From Octopus vulgaris (Eukaryota), in contig OX597841.1 of assembly GCA_951406725.2 (NCBI GenBank), positions 248,001 through 312,000 of the forward strand: a DNA stretch of 64,000 bases. Reading direction: 5' to 3'. Within the stretch, counting starts at the first letter, position 1; each line of letters opens with the position of its first letter. Both the position numbers and the translations under genes were made by a program. This document shows, piece after piece, positions 26,775 through 40,700 of this stretch. The notes beneath the pieces are model-generated. The model was not told the origin of the DNA. It saw only the letters and a program-made list of their open reading frames with translations, and did no database searches.

Positions 26775-28052
26775 GTAAGTTCTAAATATACTTTTCTTTT
26801 TCTCTTTGTAGAAACGTAATATACCAAAAGCACTTTACGCACGCTACTAATATATATATATATATATATATATATCTGTTTCTTAACACTATATATTTAT
26901 TCACGATATTTTCTTGAAGCGACCAAAGCATTTCCAGGCTTTCACTATAATATCTTCATTGAATATGTTATACAGAGTACAAATTTGAACTACATCTGGT
27001 TCCCTCACTAATAATGAAATATAATATATCCAAACTGTCGGCTGATTTGTGAACCCTGCTGATTTCTTAATTATAATTGTCCTGTATCATTAGAAACTAA
27101 ATTTGATTTGGTATGCGGTTGCTGGTGGGTACTTACTGCTGATGACATTCAAAGTAGTAGAGATACATATTTAGCAATTCCATCGCAGCTGCTAGATGCT
27201 ATTTGTCTATTACTGGGGCATTTCTGTAATTTTTAACACTGTTCCTCTATATGAGTTGCTTTCTGGATACGAATAACGAAGTTTTCCGTTTTCAACAGTG
27301 TATCTACATTAAGTGGCCTGTTTTAAAGTGGGGAAACACGAAAATATACATTCACCTTAAAATGTATGCTATAACTAGTTTTACTTGCGCGTGTTCGTTT
27401 TTAAATATTCTTTATTCCATTATATTATTTCTCTTAATTACCAGAATCCATTGCACGCTTAGTTTCCTAATGTGTTTAACAAGGGAAAATGTTATGGTTG
27501 TTATATTTGTGGCGCTTTTTCTTACAAATTTTAACTGACGTCTACTTCGTGTGTAATTTATTATTTCTTTGCGTAATTGTACGAGTGTATTTCTGTGTGA
27601 GTGTGTGTGTGTCTGCGTGAATGCGTTCGTGCGTGTGTGTGCGTGCTTATGCGTGTGTTCACGCACCTATGTTGTAAGATAGATCCCGTTGTGAATTTAC
27701 TTTCTGCCTAATCAAAGAAATCTATTGACGGCTGTTGGAGCCGTCACTACAGATTTTAACAGACTGGTATAGATGTCTTTGTATCGTACCTGACGTGTAT
27801 ATACACTCTCGACAGTCCAGTTACTGCAATATTTGTCCTGAGATAGCATTTGTTTTCTCTCATTGTCTACTCAGGGAAAATACTACAGAAACTAGCCTAT
27901 CGACTGTGTGTATATCCTTTCAATATGATACACAAATGGCTATTTTAATTAAATACTGGTTCAAATGTGTACATCGAACATAATGGTTTATTTAATAAAT
28001 GTTTATATTTTCTCATTCTGAAACCCAAACGAATTTCTCTCCAACTTTGTAG

Positions 28053-28216
28053 CGGCGTACGTCGCTTCTATATAACGAACCACAACGGTGGCTGTCTTGT
28101 TGAGAGTGGCTGGCTAGCCGTAGTTCAAGATCAAATTTACTGTGCATATGATGAAATGGATCACTTCCCTGCAATTCGTTATTCTGATGCAAAATCGAAA
28201 ACCATCTGGAACAACG
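28053..28216 (+). CDS. Gene B exon 4 (164 bp)
   Basis: Acceptor TTTGTAG|CGGCGTA, phase-1 donor AACG|GTAAGT. Encodes GVRRFYITNHNGGCLVESGWLAVVQDQIYCAYDEMDHFPAIRYSDAKSKTIWNN. Confidence 0.92.
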
Positions 28217-28716
28217 GTAAGTGATGCTTCTATTTTATGTCTTTGTGTGCTTCTCTCTCTCTCTCCCTATCTATCTGTCTGTCAATCTCCCTGACTATCT
28301 ACCTGTCTATCTATCTATCTATACACGATCCTTATTGATCGGCCCCATTTTCCTTTTTTTTTTTTACACGATCCCTTTTGATCGGAATTCGACCCCTCTT
28401 TTTTCTTTCTTTTTTTCTCCTTCTCTTGTTCCCCAAAAGAAAAGCACTACTTTATATTTTGCCCCTTCTGTGTCTAGCCCCTGCGTGGCCAATAAATAAA
28501 TCGATTCTCAATGTGAGTAGTAATTGCAGCCAATCAGCCTGATCCAACTGATTTATGATCAAAGGTGTTCTGACCATGACCCACCTGGATATTTCCCATT
28601 ACACTATGTGTAGACTTGGCTGCAATTTCTAGTAATTCGAGTGACCACCTATAAAGCCCTCCAACGATATATTTGAATGTCTTTTTGTTGTTGATGTTGT
28701 TATTTGTTACTTGCAG

Positions 28717-28772
28717 GTTATGCATTAGCAGACTCCATGGCCATATTCATCCGCCTGAGGCAGCAGAACTAA
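28717..28772 (+). CDS. Gene B exon 5 coding part (56 bp); full CDS 894 bp, 297 aa
   Basis: Acceptor TTGCAG|GTTATGCA. Encodes (G)YALADSMAIFIRLRQQN*. All five exons join in frame (331+179+164+164+56=894). Confidence 0.9.
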
Positions 28773-28871
28773 CCCAGCACATGATATCCATTGATACTAT
28801 TGTTGTTGTTAACGCCCATCCAATCCAGCTGACCACCACTAGTGATCCGCATAGGTCAAGTAATACCTGTT

Positions 28872-28877
28872 AATAAA
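28872..28877 (+). promoter_or_regulatory. Candidate polyadenylation signal of gene B
   Basis: AATAAA ~100 bp after the stop codon; retained at the equivalent place in gene C (TTTATT near 56984). Confidence 0.55.
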
Positions 28878-30145
28878 GAATTCATAAAAAAATATTGGTG
28901 ATCTTTCGTATTGAGTCGACAATTTATAAGCAGGCTTCTTCGGTAATTTCTGTGAACACGCGATCTCTTATCAACTGCGTGCTTCTTCTGTCTGACGTGA
29001 CGAAGTGGAAGGGGAAGCTAATGGACCTACGTCTGTGTGTGTGTGTGTGTGCGTGTGCGTGCTTCTTTTTGTGTGTGTGTGAGTGCTTGTTCTGTTTTTA
29101 TGTATTTATGGGTGTGGAATGTAGATATAAAAGCCTTGTGTATTTTTTCTTACCTGCTTCATGTGTGTAAGTAAAATCTGTAAATTTCCAAAAAGAAAAC
29201 GAGATTGACGTCGAAAAGCCATCACAGTTATAGTACACACACACACACAAACACACACGTGAACAAGCACGCGCGCACAAGAACAAACTCACACAATCAT
29301 ACACTCGTTAGCTTCCTCTTCCTCAATCAGCAAAAGCACGCAGTTGGCAAGACAACACGTGCTCATGGAAACTAACGAATATTTTGTTTTCATTCGTCTA
29401 CTCAAAACGAAGCCATGCCAAATTATTCCACCCAACATCGGTCTTTTGAGTTGTGATTCTCTTTCTCTCTCTCCAGGGACAGAACTGTTTTTGTTATTGT
29501 TCCATGTCAAATCTGACCAAAAATATGCATGGGTGTGTGTGTGTATGTGTGTGAACGTCTTTATTTGTATTAAAGCTACCAATGGTTTCAGGTCATGAAA
29601 ATATCGTTATATCTTAACAATTTTTCAAGGCCATCACATGAAGGAACAGATTTCGTCTCCATTTTGTGTTATAAACCTTAATGGAGAAAAACAACCATGT
29701 GATCGGCTCGAAAAATTGTTAAGATAGGAGTGGCTGTGTGATACGTACCTTGCTTACCAGCTACATGGTTCCTTTGGCAAGTGCATTCTACTATAGCCTC
29801 AGGCCGACCAAAGCCTTCTAAGTGGATTTGCTAGATTGAAAGTGAAAGAAGCCCGTCGTATACATATTGAGTGTGTGTCTGTGTGTCTGTGTTTGTCCCC
29901 CCAACATCACTTCACAACCGATGCTGGTGCGTTTACGCCCCCGCAACTTGGGGGTTTAGTAAAAGAGAATGATAGAATAAGTACTAGGCTTACAAAGAAT
30001 AAGCACTGCAGCAGATTTGCTCGGGTAAAGGTGCTGCTACAGCATGGCCGCATTCAAATGACTGAAACATAAGAGTAGAAGAATAAAAGAATATTTTCTA
30101 AACATGAATAAAATGGTAGCATTAATGCTCCAATAATATGATTAA

Positions 30146-30204
<59 letters not shown>

Positions 30205-30809
30205 CAACAGACTTCTTTCAGTTTCCGCCAACCAAATCTACTCACAAGGCTTTGGTCGGCCAGACTCGAAGATATTTGCGAAAGTTGCCCCGAAATGGGA
30301 CTGAACATGGAACCAAGTGGTTGGTAAGCAAATAAGTAACTTTATAATTACATGAGTATAAATTATCAAATAATTATTTAGTAGTTGTGAGCATGCGAAT
30401 TTACAGTCAGAAGACATAAATACTTTAAAATATAATAGTTTATGAAATATACGCTGAGTGAAAAGTATTATGTGGATTTCTTACATGCTAAAAATAGCAG
30501 TCAAAGTCTAAAACCACGAAAGAATATTCTTACATTAAAGCACGTTGATTTGTAATCAAGCAACACATTTGAGTGAATAAAAATATAGTAAACCTTATAC
30601 TAAAGAGTTTCGGTATTAATGACAAAATAAATCAATTAATGAAATAATTTATTGATTAATTAATTTTCTATAGCTCGTCGGAAAGGTCGCTAATTGAATG
30701 CATAAACATAAAACTGCAATACATATCGAAAACACAAATTAAACAGATGCGCACTCTGGTCCATGTTTATGCATCATTGATTCATCTCAGAATGACCGCA
30801 AACAATGTG

Positions 30810-30874
<65 letters not shown>

Positions 30875-30980
30875 TATTAGAGACAAAACCACTATTTTGC
30901 AAAACAAACAAGGAAAGACTTAATCAATACATAAAATTTTAATAAATAGTCAAAAAAAAAATATATATATATATATATAT

Positions 30981-31243
30981 CCTCCCGAAGAACCTAAGAG
31001 ACCTGCATGGGGTGGATTCAGATATCTTTAAAATGAATCTGGATCTCTTCCTGTCAGGTATCCCAGATAAACCAACTTCACGGCAGGAGGTGCAGATGAG
31101 GGCAGCTGCATCGAACTCTCTCATGCACCAAATGGCAGTTGCTAAAAAGCTTTCGTGAAGTAAAACCATGTAGCAACACCGAATGGCGGTGCCCCAGCTT
31201 GGCCACTGCTCATGAGCTGAAACTAGAATCAATCAATCAATCA
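30981..31243 (+). mobile_element. 5'-truncated LINE 3' end (CR1/Jockey-group-like) with (AATC)n tail
   Basis: LPKNLRDLHGVDSDIFKMNLDLFLSGIPDKP...AASNSLMHQ, short 3' UTR and AATCAATCAATC tail, embedded in (TA)n. Confidence 0.7.
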
Positions 31244-31263
31244 TATATATATATATATATATA

Positions 31264-34200
31264 GTAGACAATTTAGGGTAGCAAAAAAAAAATTCAATAG
31301 AAATTTATCGCTACCAGCGGCCTAGTGGAAAAGAGAAAATAGTCAACGACTAAATATATAAATATAACAATTTAGGAGTGACCCTAACAGGTCATTCGTC
31401 TACCAGAAAGAGCAGCCATAACTCACACCGCCAAGTAGTAGTAATTCAGAAATTAGGTGAAAATTTAAAAGCATTTACCCTAATTCATCTTTTAGACGAT
31501 GCATCGTTTCTGTGTCATTAATGATTAAATTAGCTTAATTAAATTAAATTAAGCCAATCTACCATAGGTTACACTTCATCAGTAAAAAACCTGGGAGAGA
31601 CAAATATACACGAGGCGTCTGTATCGATGCCTACGGAATATCTGTCTTAAAATTTTCAAGACTGACGTATTCGCGCCAAACTTATCAGCAGTAAATATAA
31701 ACTGCCGATTCAATCTCAGAATTATTCAGAAAATTATCAATTAGTCAATTTAGGGTAGCAAAAAAAATTCAATAGAAATTTATCGCTACCAGCGGCCTAG
31801 TGGAAAAGAGAAAATAGTCAACGACTAAATATATAAATATAACAATTTAGGAGTGACCCTAACAGGTCATTCGTCCACCAGAAAGAGCAGCCATAACTCA
31901 CACCGCCAAGTAGTAGTAATTCAGAAATTAGGTGAAAATTTAAAAACATTTACCCTAATTCATCTTTTAGACGATGCATCGTTTCTGTGTCATTAATGAT
32001 TAAATTAGCTTAATTAAATTAAATTAAGCCAATCTACCATAGGTTACACTTCATCAGTAAAAAACCTGGGAGAGACAAATATACACGAGGCGTCTGTATC
32101 GATGCCTACGGAATATCTGTCTTAAAATTTTCAAGACTGACGTATTCGCGCCAAACTTATCAGCAGTAAATATAAACTGCCGATTCAATCTCAGAATTAT
32201 TCAGAAAATTATCAATTAGTCAATTTAGGGTAGCAAAAAAAAATTCAATAGAAATTTATCGCTACCAGCGGCCTAGTGGAAAAGAGAAAATAGTCAACGA
32301 CTAAATATATAAATATAACAATTTAGGAGTGACCCTAACAGGTCATTCGTCCACCAGAAAGAGCAGCCATAACTCACACCGCCAAGTAGTAGTAATTCAG
32401 AAATTAGGTGAAAATTTAAAAACATTTACCCTAATTCATCTTTTAGACGATGCATCGTTTCTGTGTCATTAATGATTAAATTAGCTTAATTAAATTAAAT
32501 TAAGCCAATCTACCATAGGTTACACTTCATCAGTAAAAAACCTGGGAGAGACAAATATACACGAGGCGTCTGTATCGATGCCTACGGAATATCTGTCTTA
32601 AAATTTTCAAGACTGACGTATTCGCGCCAAACTTATCAGCAGTAAATATAAACTGCCGATTCAATCTCAGAATTATTCAGAAAATTATCAATTAGTCAAT
32701 TTAGGGTAGCAAAAAAATTCAATAGAAATTTATCGCTACCAGCGGCCTAGTGGAAAAGAGAAAATAGTCAACGACTAAATATATAAATATAACAATTTAG
32801 GAGTGACCCTAACAGGTCATTCGTCCACCAGAAAGAGCAGCCATAACTCACACCGCCAAGTAGTAGTAATTCAGAAATTAGGTGAAAATTTAAAAACATT
32901 TACCCTAATTCATCTTTTAGACGATGCATCGTTTCTGTGTCATTAATGATTAAATTAGCTTAATTAAATTAAATTAAGCCAATCTACCATAGGTTACACT
33001 TCATCAGTAAAAAACCTGGGAGAGACAAATATACACGAGTTGTCTGTATCGATGCCAACGGAATATCTGTCTTAAAATTTTCAAGACTGACGTATTCGCG
33101 CCAAACTTATCAGCAGTAAATATAAACTGCCGATTCAATCTCAGAATTATTCAGAAAATTATCAATTAGTCAATAAAGGGTAGCAAAAAAATTCAATAGA
33201 AATTTATCGCTACCAGCGGCCTTGTGGAAAAGAGAAAATAGTCAACGACTAAATATATAAATATAACAATTTAGGAGTGACCCTAACAGGTCATTCGTCC
33301 ACCAGAAAGAGCAGCCATAACTCACACCGCCAAGTAGTAGTAATTCAGAAATTAGGTGAAAATTTAAAAACATTTACCCTAATTCATCTTTTAGACGATG
33401 CATCGTTTCTGTGTCATTAATGATTAAATTAGCTTAATTAAATTAAATTAAGCCAATCTACCATAGGTTACACTTCATCAGTAAAAAACCTGGGAGAGAC
33501 AAATATACACGAGGCGTCTGTATCGATGCCTACGGAATATCTGTCTTAAAATTTTCAAGACTGACGTATTCGCGCCAAACTTATCAGCAGTAAATATAAA
33601 CTGCCGATTCAATCTCAGAATTATTCAGAAAATTATCAATTAGTCAATTTAGGGTAGCAAAAAAAAATTCAATAGAAATTTATCGCTACCAGCGGCCTAG
33701 TGGAAAAGAGAAAATAGTCAACGACTAAATATATAAATATAACAATTTAGGAGTGACCCTAACAGGTCATTCGTCCACCAGAAAGAGCAGCCATAACTCA
33801 CACCGCCAAGTAGTAGTAATTCAGAAATTAGGTGAAAATTTAAAAACATTTACCCTAATTCATCTTTTAGACGATGCATCGTTTCTGTGTCATTAATGAT
33901 TAAATTAGCTTAATTAAATTAAATTAAGCCAATCTACCATAGGTTACACTTCATCAGTAAAAAACCTGGGAGAGACAAATATACACGAGGCGTCTGTATC
34001 GATGCCTACGGAATATCTGTCTTAAAATTTTCAAGACTGACGTATTCGCGCCAAACTTATCAGCAGTAAATATAAACTGCCGATTCAATCTCAGAATTAT
34101 TCAGAAAATTATCAATTAGTCAATTTAGGGTAGCAAAAAAAATTCAATAGAAATTTATCGCTACCAGCGGCCTAGTGGAAAAGAGAAAATAGTCAACGAC

Positions 34201-37200
34201 TAAATATATAAATATAACAATTTAGGAGTGACCCTAACAGGTCATTCGTCCACCAGAAAGAGCAGCCATAACTCACACCGCCAAGTAGTAGTAATTCAGA
34301 AATTAGGTGAAAATTTAAAAACATTTACCCTAATTCATCTTTTAGACGATGCATCGTTTCTGTGTCATTAATGATTAAATTAGCTTAATTAAATTAAATT
34401 AAGCCAATCTACCATAGGTTACACTTCATCAGTAAAAAACCTGGGAGAGACAAATATACACGAGGCGTCTGTATCGATGCCTACGGAATATCTGTCTTAA
34501 AATTTTCAAGACTGACGTATTCGCGCCAAACTTATCAGCAGTAAATATAAACTGCCGATTCAATCTCAGAATTATTCAGAAAATTATCAATTAGTCAATT
34601 TAGGGTAGCAAAAAAAATTCAATAGAAATTTATCGCTACCAGCGGCCTAGTGGAAAAGAGAAAATAGTCAACGACTAAATATATAAATATAACAATTTAG
34701 GAGTGACCCTAACAGGTCATTCGTCCACCAGAAAGAGCAGCCATAACTCACACCGCCAAGTAGTAGTAATTCAGAAATTAGGTGAAAATTTAAAAACATT
34801 TACCCTAATTCATCTTTTAGACGATGCATCGTTTCTGTGTCATTAATGATTAAATTAGCTTAATTAAATTAAATTAAGCCAATCTACCATAGGTTACACT
34901 TCATCAGTAAAAAACCTGGGAGAGACAAATATACACGAGGCGTCTGTATCGATGCCTACGGAATATCTGTCTTAAAATTTTCAAGACTGACGTATTCGCG
35001 CCAAACTTATCAGCAGTAAATATAAATTGCCGATTCAATCTCAGAATTATTCAGAAAATTATCAATTAGTCAATGTAGGGTAGCAAAAAAATTCAATAGA
35101 AATTTATCGCTACCAGCGGCCTTGTGGAAAAGAGAAAATAGTCAACGACTAAATATATAAATATAACAATTTAGGAGTGACCCTAACAGGTCATTCGTCC
35201 ACCAGAAAGAGCAGCCATAACTCACACCGCCAAGTAGTAGTAATTCAGAAATTAGGTGAAAATTTAAAAACATTTACCCTAATTCATCTTTTAGACGATG
35301 CATCGTTTCTGTGTCATTAATGATTAAATTAGCTTAATTAAATTAAATTAAGCCAATCTACCATAGGTTACACTTCATCAGTAAAAAACCTGGGAGAGAC
35401 AAATATACACGAGGCGTCTGTATCGATGCCTACGGAATATCTGTCTTAAAATTTTCAAGACTGACGTATTCGCGCCAAACTTATCAGCAGTAAATATAAA
35501 CTGCCGATTCAATCTCAGAATTATTCAGAAAATTATCAATTAGTCAATTTAGGGTAGCAAAAAAATTCAATAGAAATTTATCGCTACCAGCGGCCTAGTG
35601 GAAAAGAGAAAATAGTCAACGACTAAATATATAAATATAACAATTTAGGAGTGACCCTAACAGGTCATTCGTCCACCAGAAAGAGCAGCCATAACTCACA
35701 CCGCCAAGTAGTAGTAATTCAGAAATTAGGTGAAAATTTAAAAACATTTACCCTAATTCATCTTTTAGACGATGCATCGTTTCTGTGTCATTAATGATTA
35801 AATTAGCTTAATTAAATTAAATTAAGCAATCTACCATAGGTTACACTTCATCAGTAAAAAACCTGGGAGAGACAAATATACACGAGGCGTCTGTATCGAT
35901 GCCTACGGAATATCTGTCTTAAAATTTTCAAGACTGACGTATTCGCGCCAAACTTATCAGCAGTAAATATAAACTGCCGATTCAATCTCAGAATTATTCA
36001 GAAAATTATCAATTAGTCAATTTAGGGTAGCAAAAAAAATTCAATAGAAATTTATCGCTACCAGCGGCCTAGTGGAAAAGAGAAAATAGTCAACGACTAA
36101 ATATATAAATATAACAATTTAGGAGTGACCCTAACAGGTCATTCGTCCACCAGAAAGAGCAGCCATAACTCACACCGCCAAGTAGTAGTAATTCAGAAAT
36201 TAGGTGAAAATTTAAAAACATTTACCCTAATTCATCTTTTAGACGATGCATCGTTTCTGTGTCATTAATGATTAAATTAGCTTAATTAAATTAAATTAAG
36301 CTAATCTACCATAGGTTACACTTCATCAGTAAAAAACCTGGGAGAGACAAATATACACGAGGCGTCTGTATCGATGCCTACGGAATATCTGTCTTAAAAT
36401 TTTCAAGACTGACGTATTCGCGCCAAACTTATCAGCAGTAAATATAAACTGCCGATTCAATCTCAGAATTATTCAGAAAATTATCAATTAGTCAATTTAG
36501 GGTAGCAAAAAAAATTCAATAGAAATTTATCGCTACCAGCGGCCTAGTGGAAAAGAGAAAATAGTCAACGACTAAATATATAAATATAACAATTTAGGAG
36601 TGACCCTAACAGGTCATTCGTCCACCAGAAAGAGCAGCCATAACTCACACCGCCAAGTAGTAGTAATTCAGAAATTAGGTGAAAATTTAAAAACATTTAC
36701 CCTAATTCATCTTTTAGACGATGCATCGTTTCTGTGTCATTAATGATTAAATTAGCTTAATTAAATTAAATTAAGCTAATCTACCATAGGTTACACTTCA
36801 TCAGTAAAAAACCTGGGAGAGACAAATATACACGAGGCGTCTGTATCGATGCCTACGGAATATCTGTCTTAAAATTTTCAAGACTGACGTATTCGCGCCA
36901 AACTTATCAGGAGTAAATATAAACTGCCGATTCAATCTCAGAATTATTCAGAAAATTATCAATTAGTAGATTTAGGGTAGCAAAAAAAAATTCAATAGAA
37001 ATTTATCGCTACCAGCGGCCTAGTGGAAAAGAGAAAATAGTCAACGACTAAATATATAAATATAACAATTTAGGAGTGACCCTAACAGGTCATTCGTCCA
37101 CCAGAAAGAGCAGCCATAACTCACACCGCCAAGTAGTAGTAATTCAGAAATTAGGTGAAAATTTAAAAACATTTACCCTAATTCATCTTTTAGACGATGC

Positions 37201-37790
37201 ATCGTTTCTGTGTCATTAATGATTAAATTAGCTTAATTAAATTAAATTAAGCTAATCTACCATAGGTTACACTTCATCAGTAAAAAACCTGGGAGAGACA
37301 AATATACACGAGGCGTCTGTATCGATGCCTACGGAATATCTGTCTTAAAATTTTCAAGACTGACGTATTCGCGCCAAACTTATCAGCAGTAAATATAAAC
37401 TGCCGATTCAATCTCAGAATTATTCAGAAAATTATCAATTAGTCAATTTAGGGTAGCAAAAAAATTCAATAGAAATTTATCGCTACCAGCGGCCTAGTGG
37501 AAAAGAGAAAATAGTCAACGACTAAATATATAAATATAACAATTTAGGAGTGACCCTAACAGGTCATTCGTCCACCAGAAAGAGCAGCCATAACTCACAC
37601 CGCCAAGTAGTAGTAATTCAGAAATTAGGTGAAAATTTAAAAACATTTACCCTAATTCATCTTTTAGACGATGCATCGTTTCTGTGTCATTAATGATTAA
37701 ATTAGCTTAATTAAATTAAATTAGCAATCTACCATAGGTACACTTCATCAGTAAAAAACCTGGGAGAGACAAATATACACAAGGCGTCTG
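31264..37790 (-). repeat. ~475-bp tandem array, left half (13 full + 1 partial units; hammerhead sense on minus strand)
   Basis: Marker TAGGGTAGCAAAA recurs at about 31274, 31751, 32226, 32702, 33176, 33650, 34126, 34601, 35076, 35550, 36023, 36498, 36973 and 37449 (period 473-477). Units are nearly identical. Confidence 0.97.
31488..31589 (-). ncRNA. Type I hammerhead-ribozyme-like motif (representative of 14 minus-strand copies)
   Basis: Reverse complement of the same motif: TCTTTTAGACGATGCATCGTTTCTGTGT...ACACTTCATCAGTAAAAAA. Confidence 0.75.
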
Positions 37791-40700
37791 TTTTTGCTAC
37801 CCTAAATTGACTAATTGATAATTTTCTGAATAATTCTGAGATTGAATCGGCAGTTTATATTTACTGCTGATAAGTTTGGCGCGAATACGTCAGTCTTGAA
37901 AATTTTAAGACAGATATTCCGTAGGCATCGATACAGACGCCTCGTGTATATTTGTCTCTCCCAGGTTTTTTACTGATGAAGTGTAACCTATGGTAGATTA
38001 GCTTAATTTAATTTAATTAAGCTAATTTAATCATTAATGACACAGAAACGATGCATCGTCTAAAAGATGAATTAGGGTAAATGTTTTTAAATTTTCACCT
38101 AATTTCTGAATTACTACTACTTGGCGGTGTGAGTTATGGCTGCTCTTTCTGGTGGACGAATGACCTGTTAGGGTCACTCCTAAATTGTTATATTTATATA
38201 TTTAGTCGTTGACTATTTTCTCTTTTCCACTAGGCCGCTGGTAGCGATAAATTTCTATTGAATTTTTTTGCTACCCTAAATTGACTAATTGATAATTTTC
38301 TGAATAATTCTGAGATTGAATCGGCAGTTTATATTTACTGCTGATAAGTTTGGCGCGAATACGTCAGTCTTGAAAATTTTAAGACAGATATTCCGTAGGC
38401 ATCGATACAGACGCCTCGTGTATATTTGTCTCTCCCAGGTTTTTTACTGATGAAGTGTAACCTATGGTAGATTAGCTTAATTTAATTTAATTAAGCTAAT
38501 TTAATCATTAATGACACAGAAACGATGCATCGTCTAAAAGATGAATTAGGGTAAATGTTTTTAAATTTTCACCTAATTTCTGAATTACTACTACTTGGCG
38601 GTGTGAGTTATGGCTGCTCTTTCTGGTGGACGAATGACCTGTTAGGGTCACTCCTAAATTGTTATATTTATATATTTAGTCGTTGACTATTTTCTCTTTT
38701 CCACTAGGCCGCTGGTAGCGATAAATTTCTATTGAATTTTTTTGCTACCCTAAATTGACTAATTGATAATTTTCTGAATAATTCTGAGATTGAATCGGCA
38801 GTTTATATTTACTGCTGATAAGTTTGGCGCGAATACGTCAGTCTTGAAAATTTTAAGACAGATATTCCTAGGCATCGATACAGACGCCTCGTGTATATTT
38901 GTCTCTCCCAGGTTTTTTACTGATGAAGTGTAACCTATGGTAGATTAGCTTAATTTAATTTAATTAAGCTAATTTAATCATTAATGACACAGAAACGTTG
39001 CATCGTCTAAAAGATGAATTAGGGTAAATGTTTTTAAATTTTCACCTAATTTCTGAATTACTACTACTTGGCGGTGTGAGTTATGGCTGCTCTTTCTGGT
39101 GGACGAATGACCTGTTAGGGTCACTCCTAAATTGTTATATTTATATATTTAGTCGTTGACTATTTTCTCTTTTCCACAAGGCCGCTGGTAGCGATAAATT
39201 TCTATTGAATTTTTTTTTGCTACCCTAAATTGACTAATTGATAATTTTCTGAATAATTCTGAGATTGAATCGGCAGTTTATATTTACTGCTGATAAGTTT
39301 GGCGCGAATACGTCAGTCTTGAAAATTTTAAGACAGATATTCCGTAGGCATCGATACAGACGCCTCGTGTATATTTGTCTCTCCCAGGTTTTTTACTGAT
39401 GAAGTGTAACCTATGGTAGATTAGCTTAATTTAATTTAATTAAGCTAATTTAATCATTAATGACACAGAAACGATGCATCGTCTAAAAGATGAATTAGGG
39501 TAAATGTTTTTAAATTTTCACCTAATTTCTGAATTACTACTACTTGGCGGTGTGAGTTATGGCTGCTCTTTCTGGTGGACGAATGACCTGTTAGGGTCAC
39601 TCCTAAATTGTTATATTTATATATTTAGTCGTTGACTATTTTCTCTTTTCCACAAGGCCGCTGGTAGCGATAAATTTCTATTGAATTTTTTTGCTACCCT
39701 AAATTGACTAATTGATAATTTTCTGAATAATTCTGAGATTGAATCGGCAGTTTATATTTACTGCTGATAAGTTTGGCGCGAATACGTCAGTCTTGAAAAT
39801 TTTAAGACAGATATTCCGTAGGCATCGATACAGACGCCTCGTGTATATTTGTCTCTCCCAGGTTTTTTACTGATGAAGTGTAACCTATGGTAGATTAGCT
39901 TAATTTAATTTAATTAAGCTAATTTAATCATTAATGACACAGAAACGATGCATCGTCTAAAAGATGAATTAGGGTAAATGTTTTTAAATTTTCACCTAAT
40001 TTCTGAATTACTACTACTTGGCGGTGTGAGTTATGGCTGCTCTTTCTGGTGGACGAATGACCTGTTAGGGTCACTCCTAAATTGTTATATTTATATATTT
40101 AGTCGTTGACTATTTTCTCTTTTCCACTAGGCCGCTGGTAGCGATAAATTTCTATTGAATTTTTTTGCTACCCTAAATTGACTAATTGATAATTTTCTGA
40201 ATAATTCTGAGATTGAATCGGCAGTTTATATTTACTGCTGATAAGTTTGGCGCGAATACGTCAGTCTTGAAAATTTTAAGACAGATATTCCCTAGGCATC
40301 GATACAGACGCCTCGTGTATATTTGTCTCTCCCAGGTTTTTTACTGATGAAGTGTAACCTATGGTAGATTAGCTTAATTTAATTTAATTAAGCTAATTTA
40401 ATCATTAATGACACAGAAACGATGCATCGTCTAAAAGATGAATTAGGGTAAATGTTTTTAAATTTTCACCTAATTTCTGAATTACTACTACTTGGCGGTG
40501 TGAGTTATGGCTGCTCTTTCTGGTGGACGAATGACCTGTTAGGGTCACTCCTAAATTGTTATATTTATATATTTAGTCGTTGACTATTTTCTCTTTTCCA
40601 CTAGGCCGCTGGTAGCGATAAATTTCTATTGAATTTTTTTTTGCTACCCTAAATTGACTAATTGATAATTTTCTGAATAATTCTGAGATTGAATCGGCAG

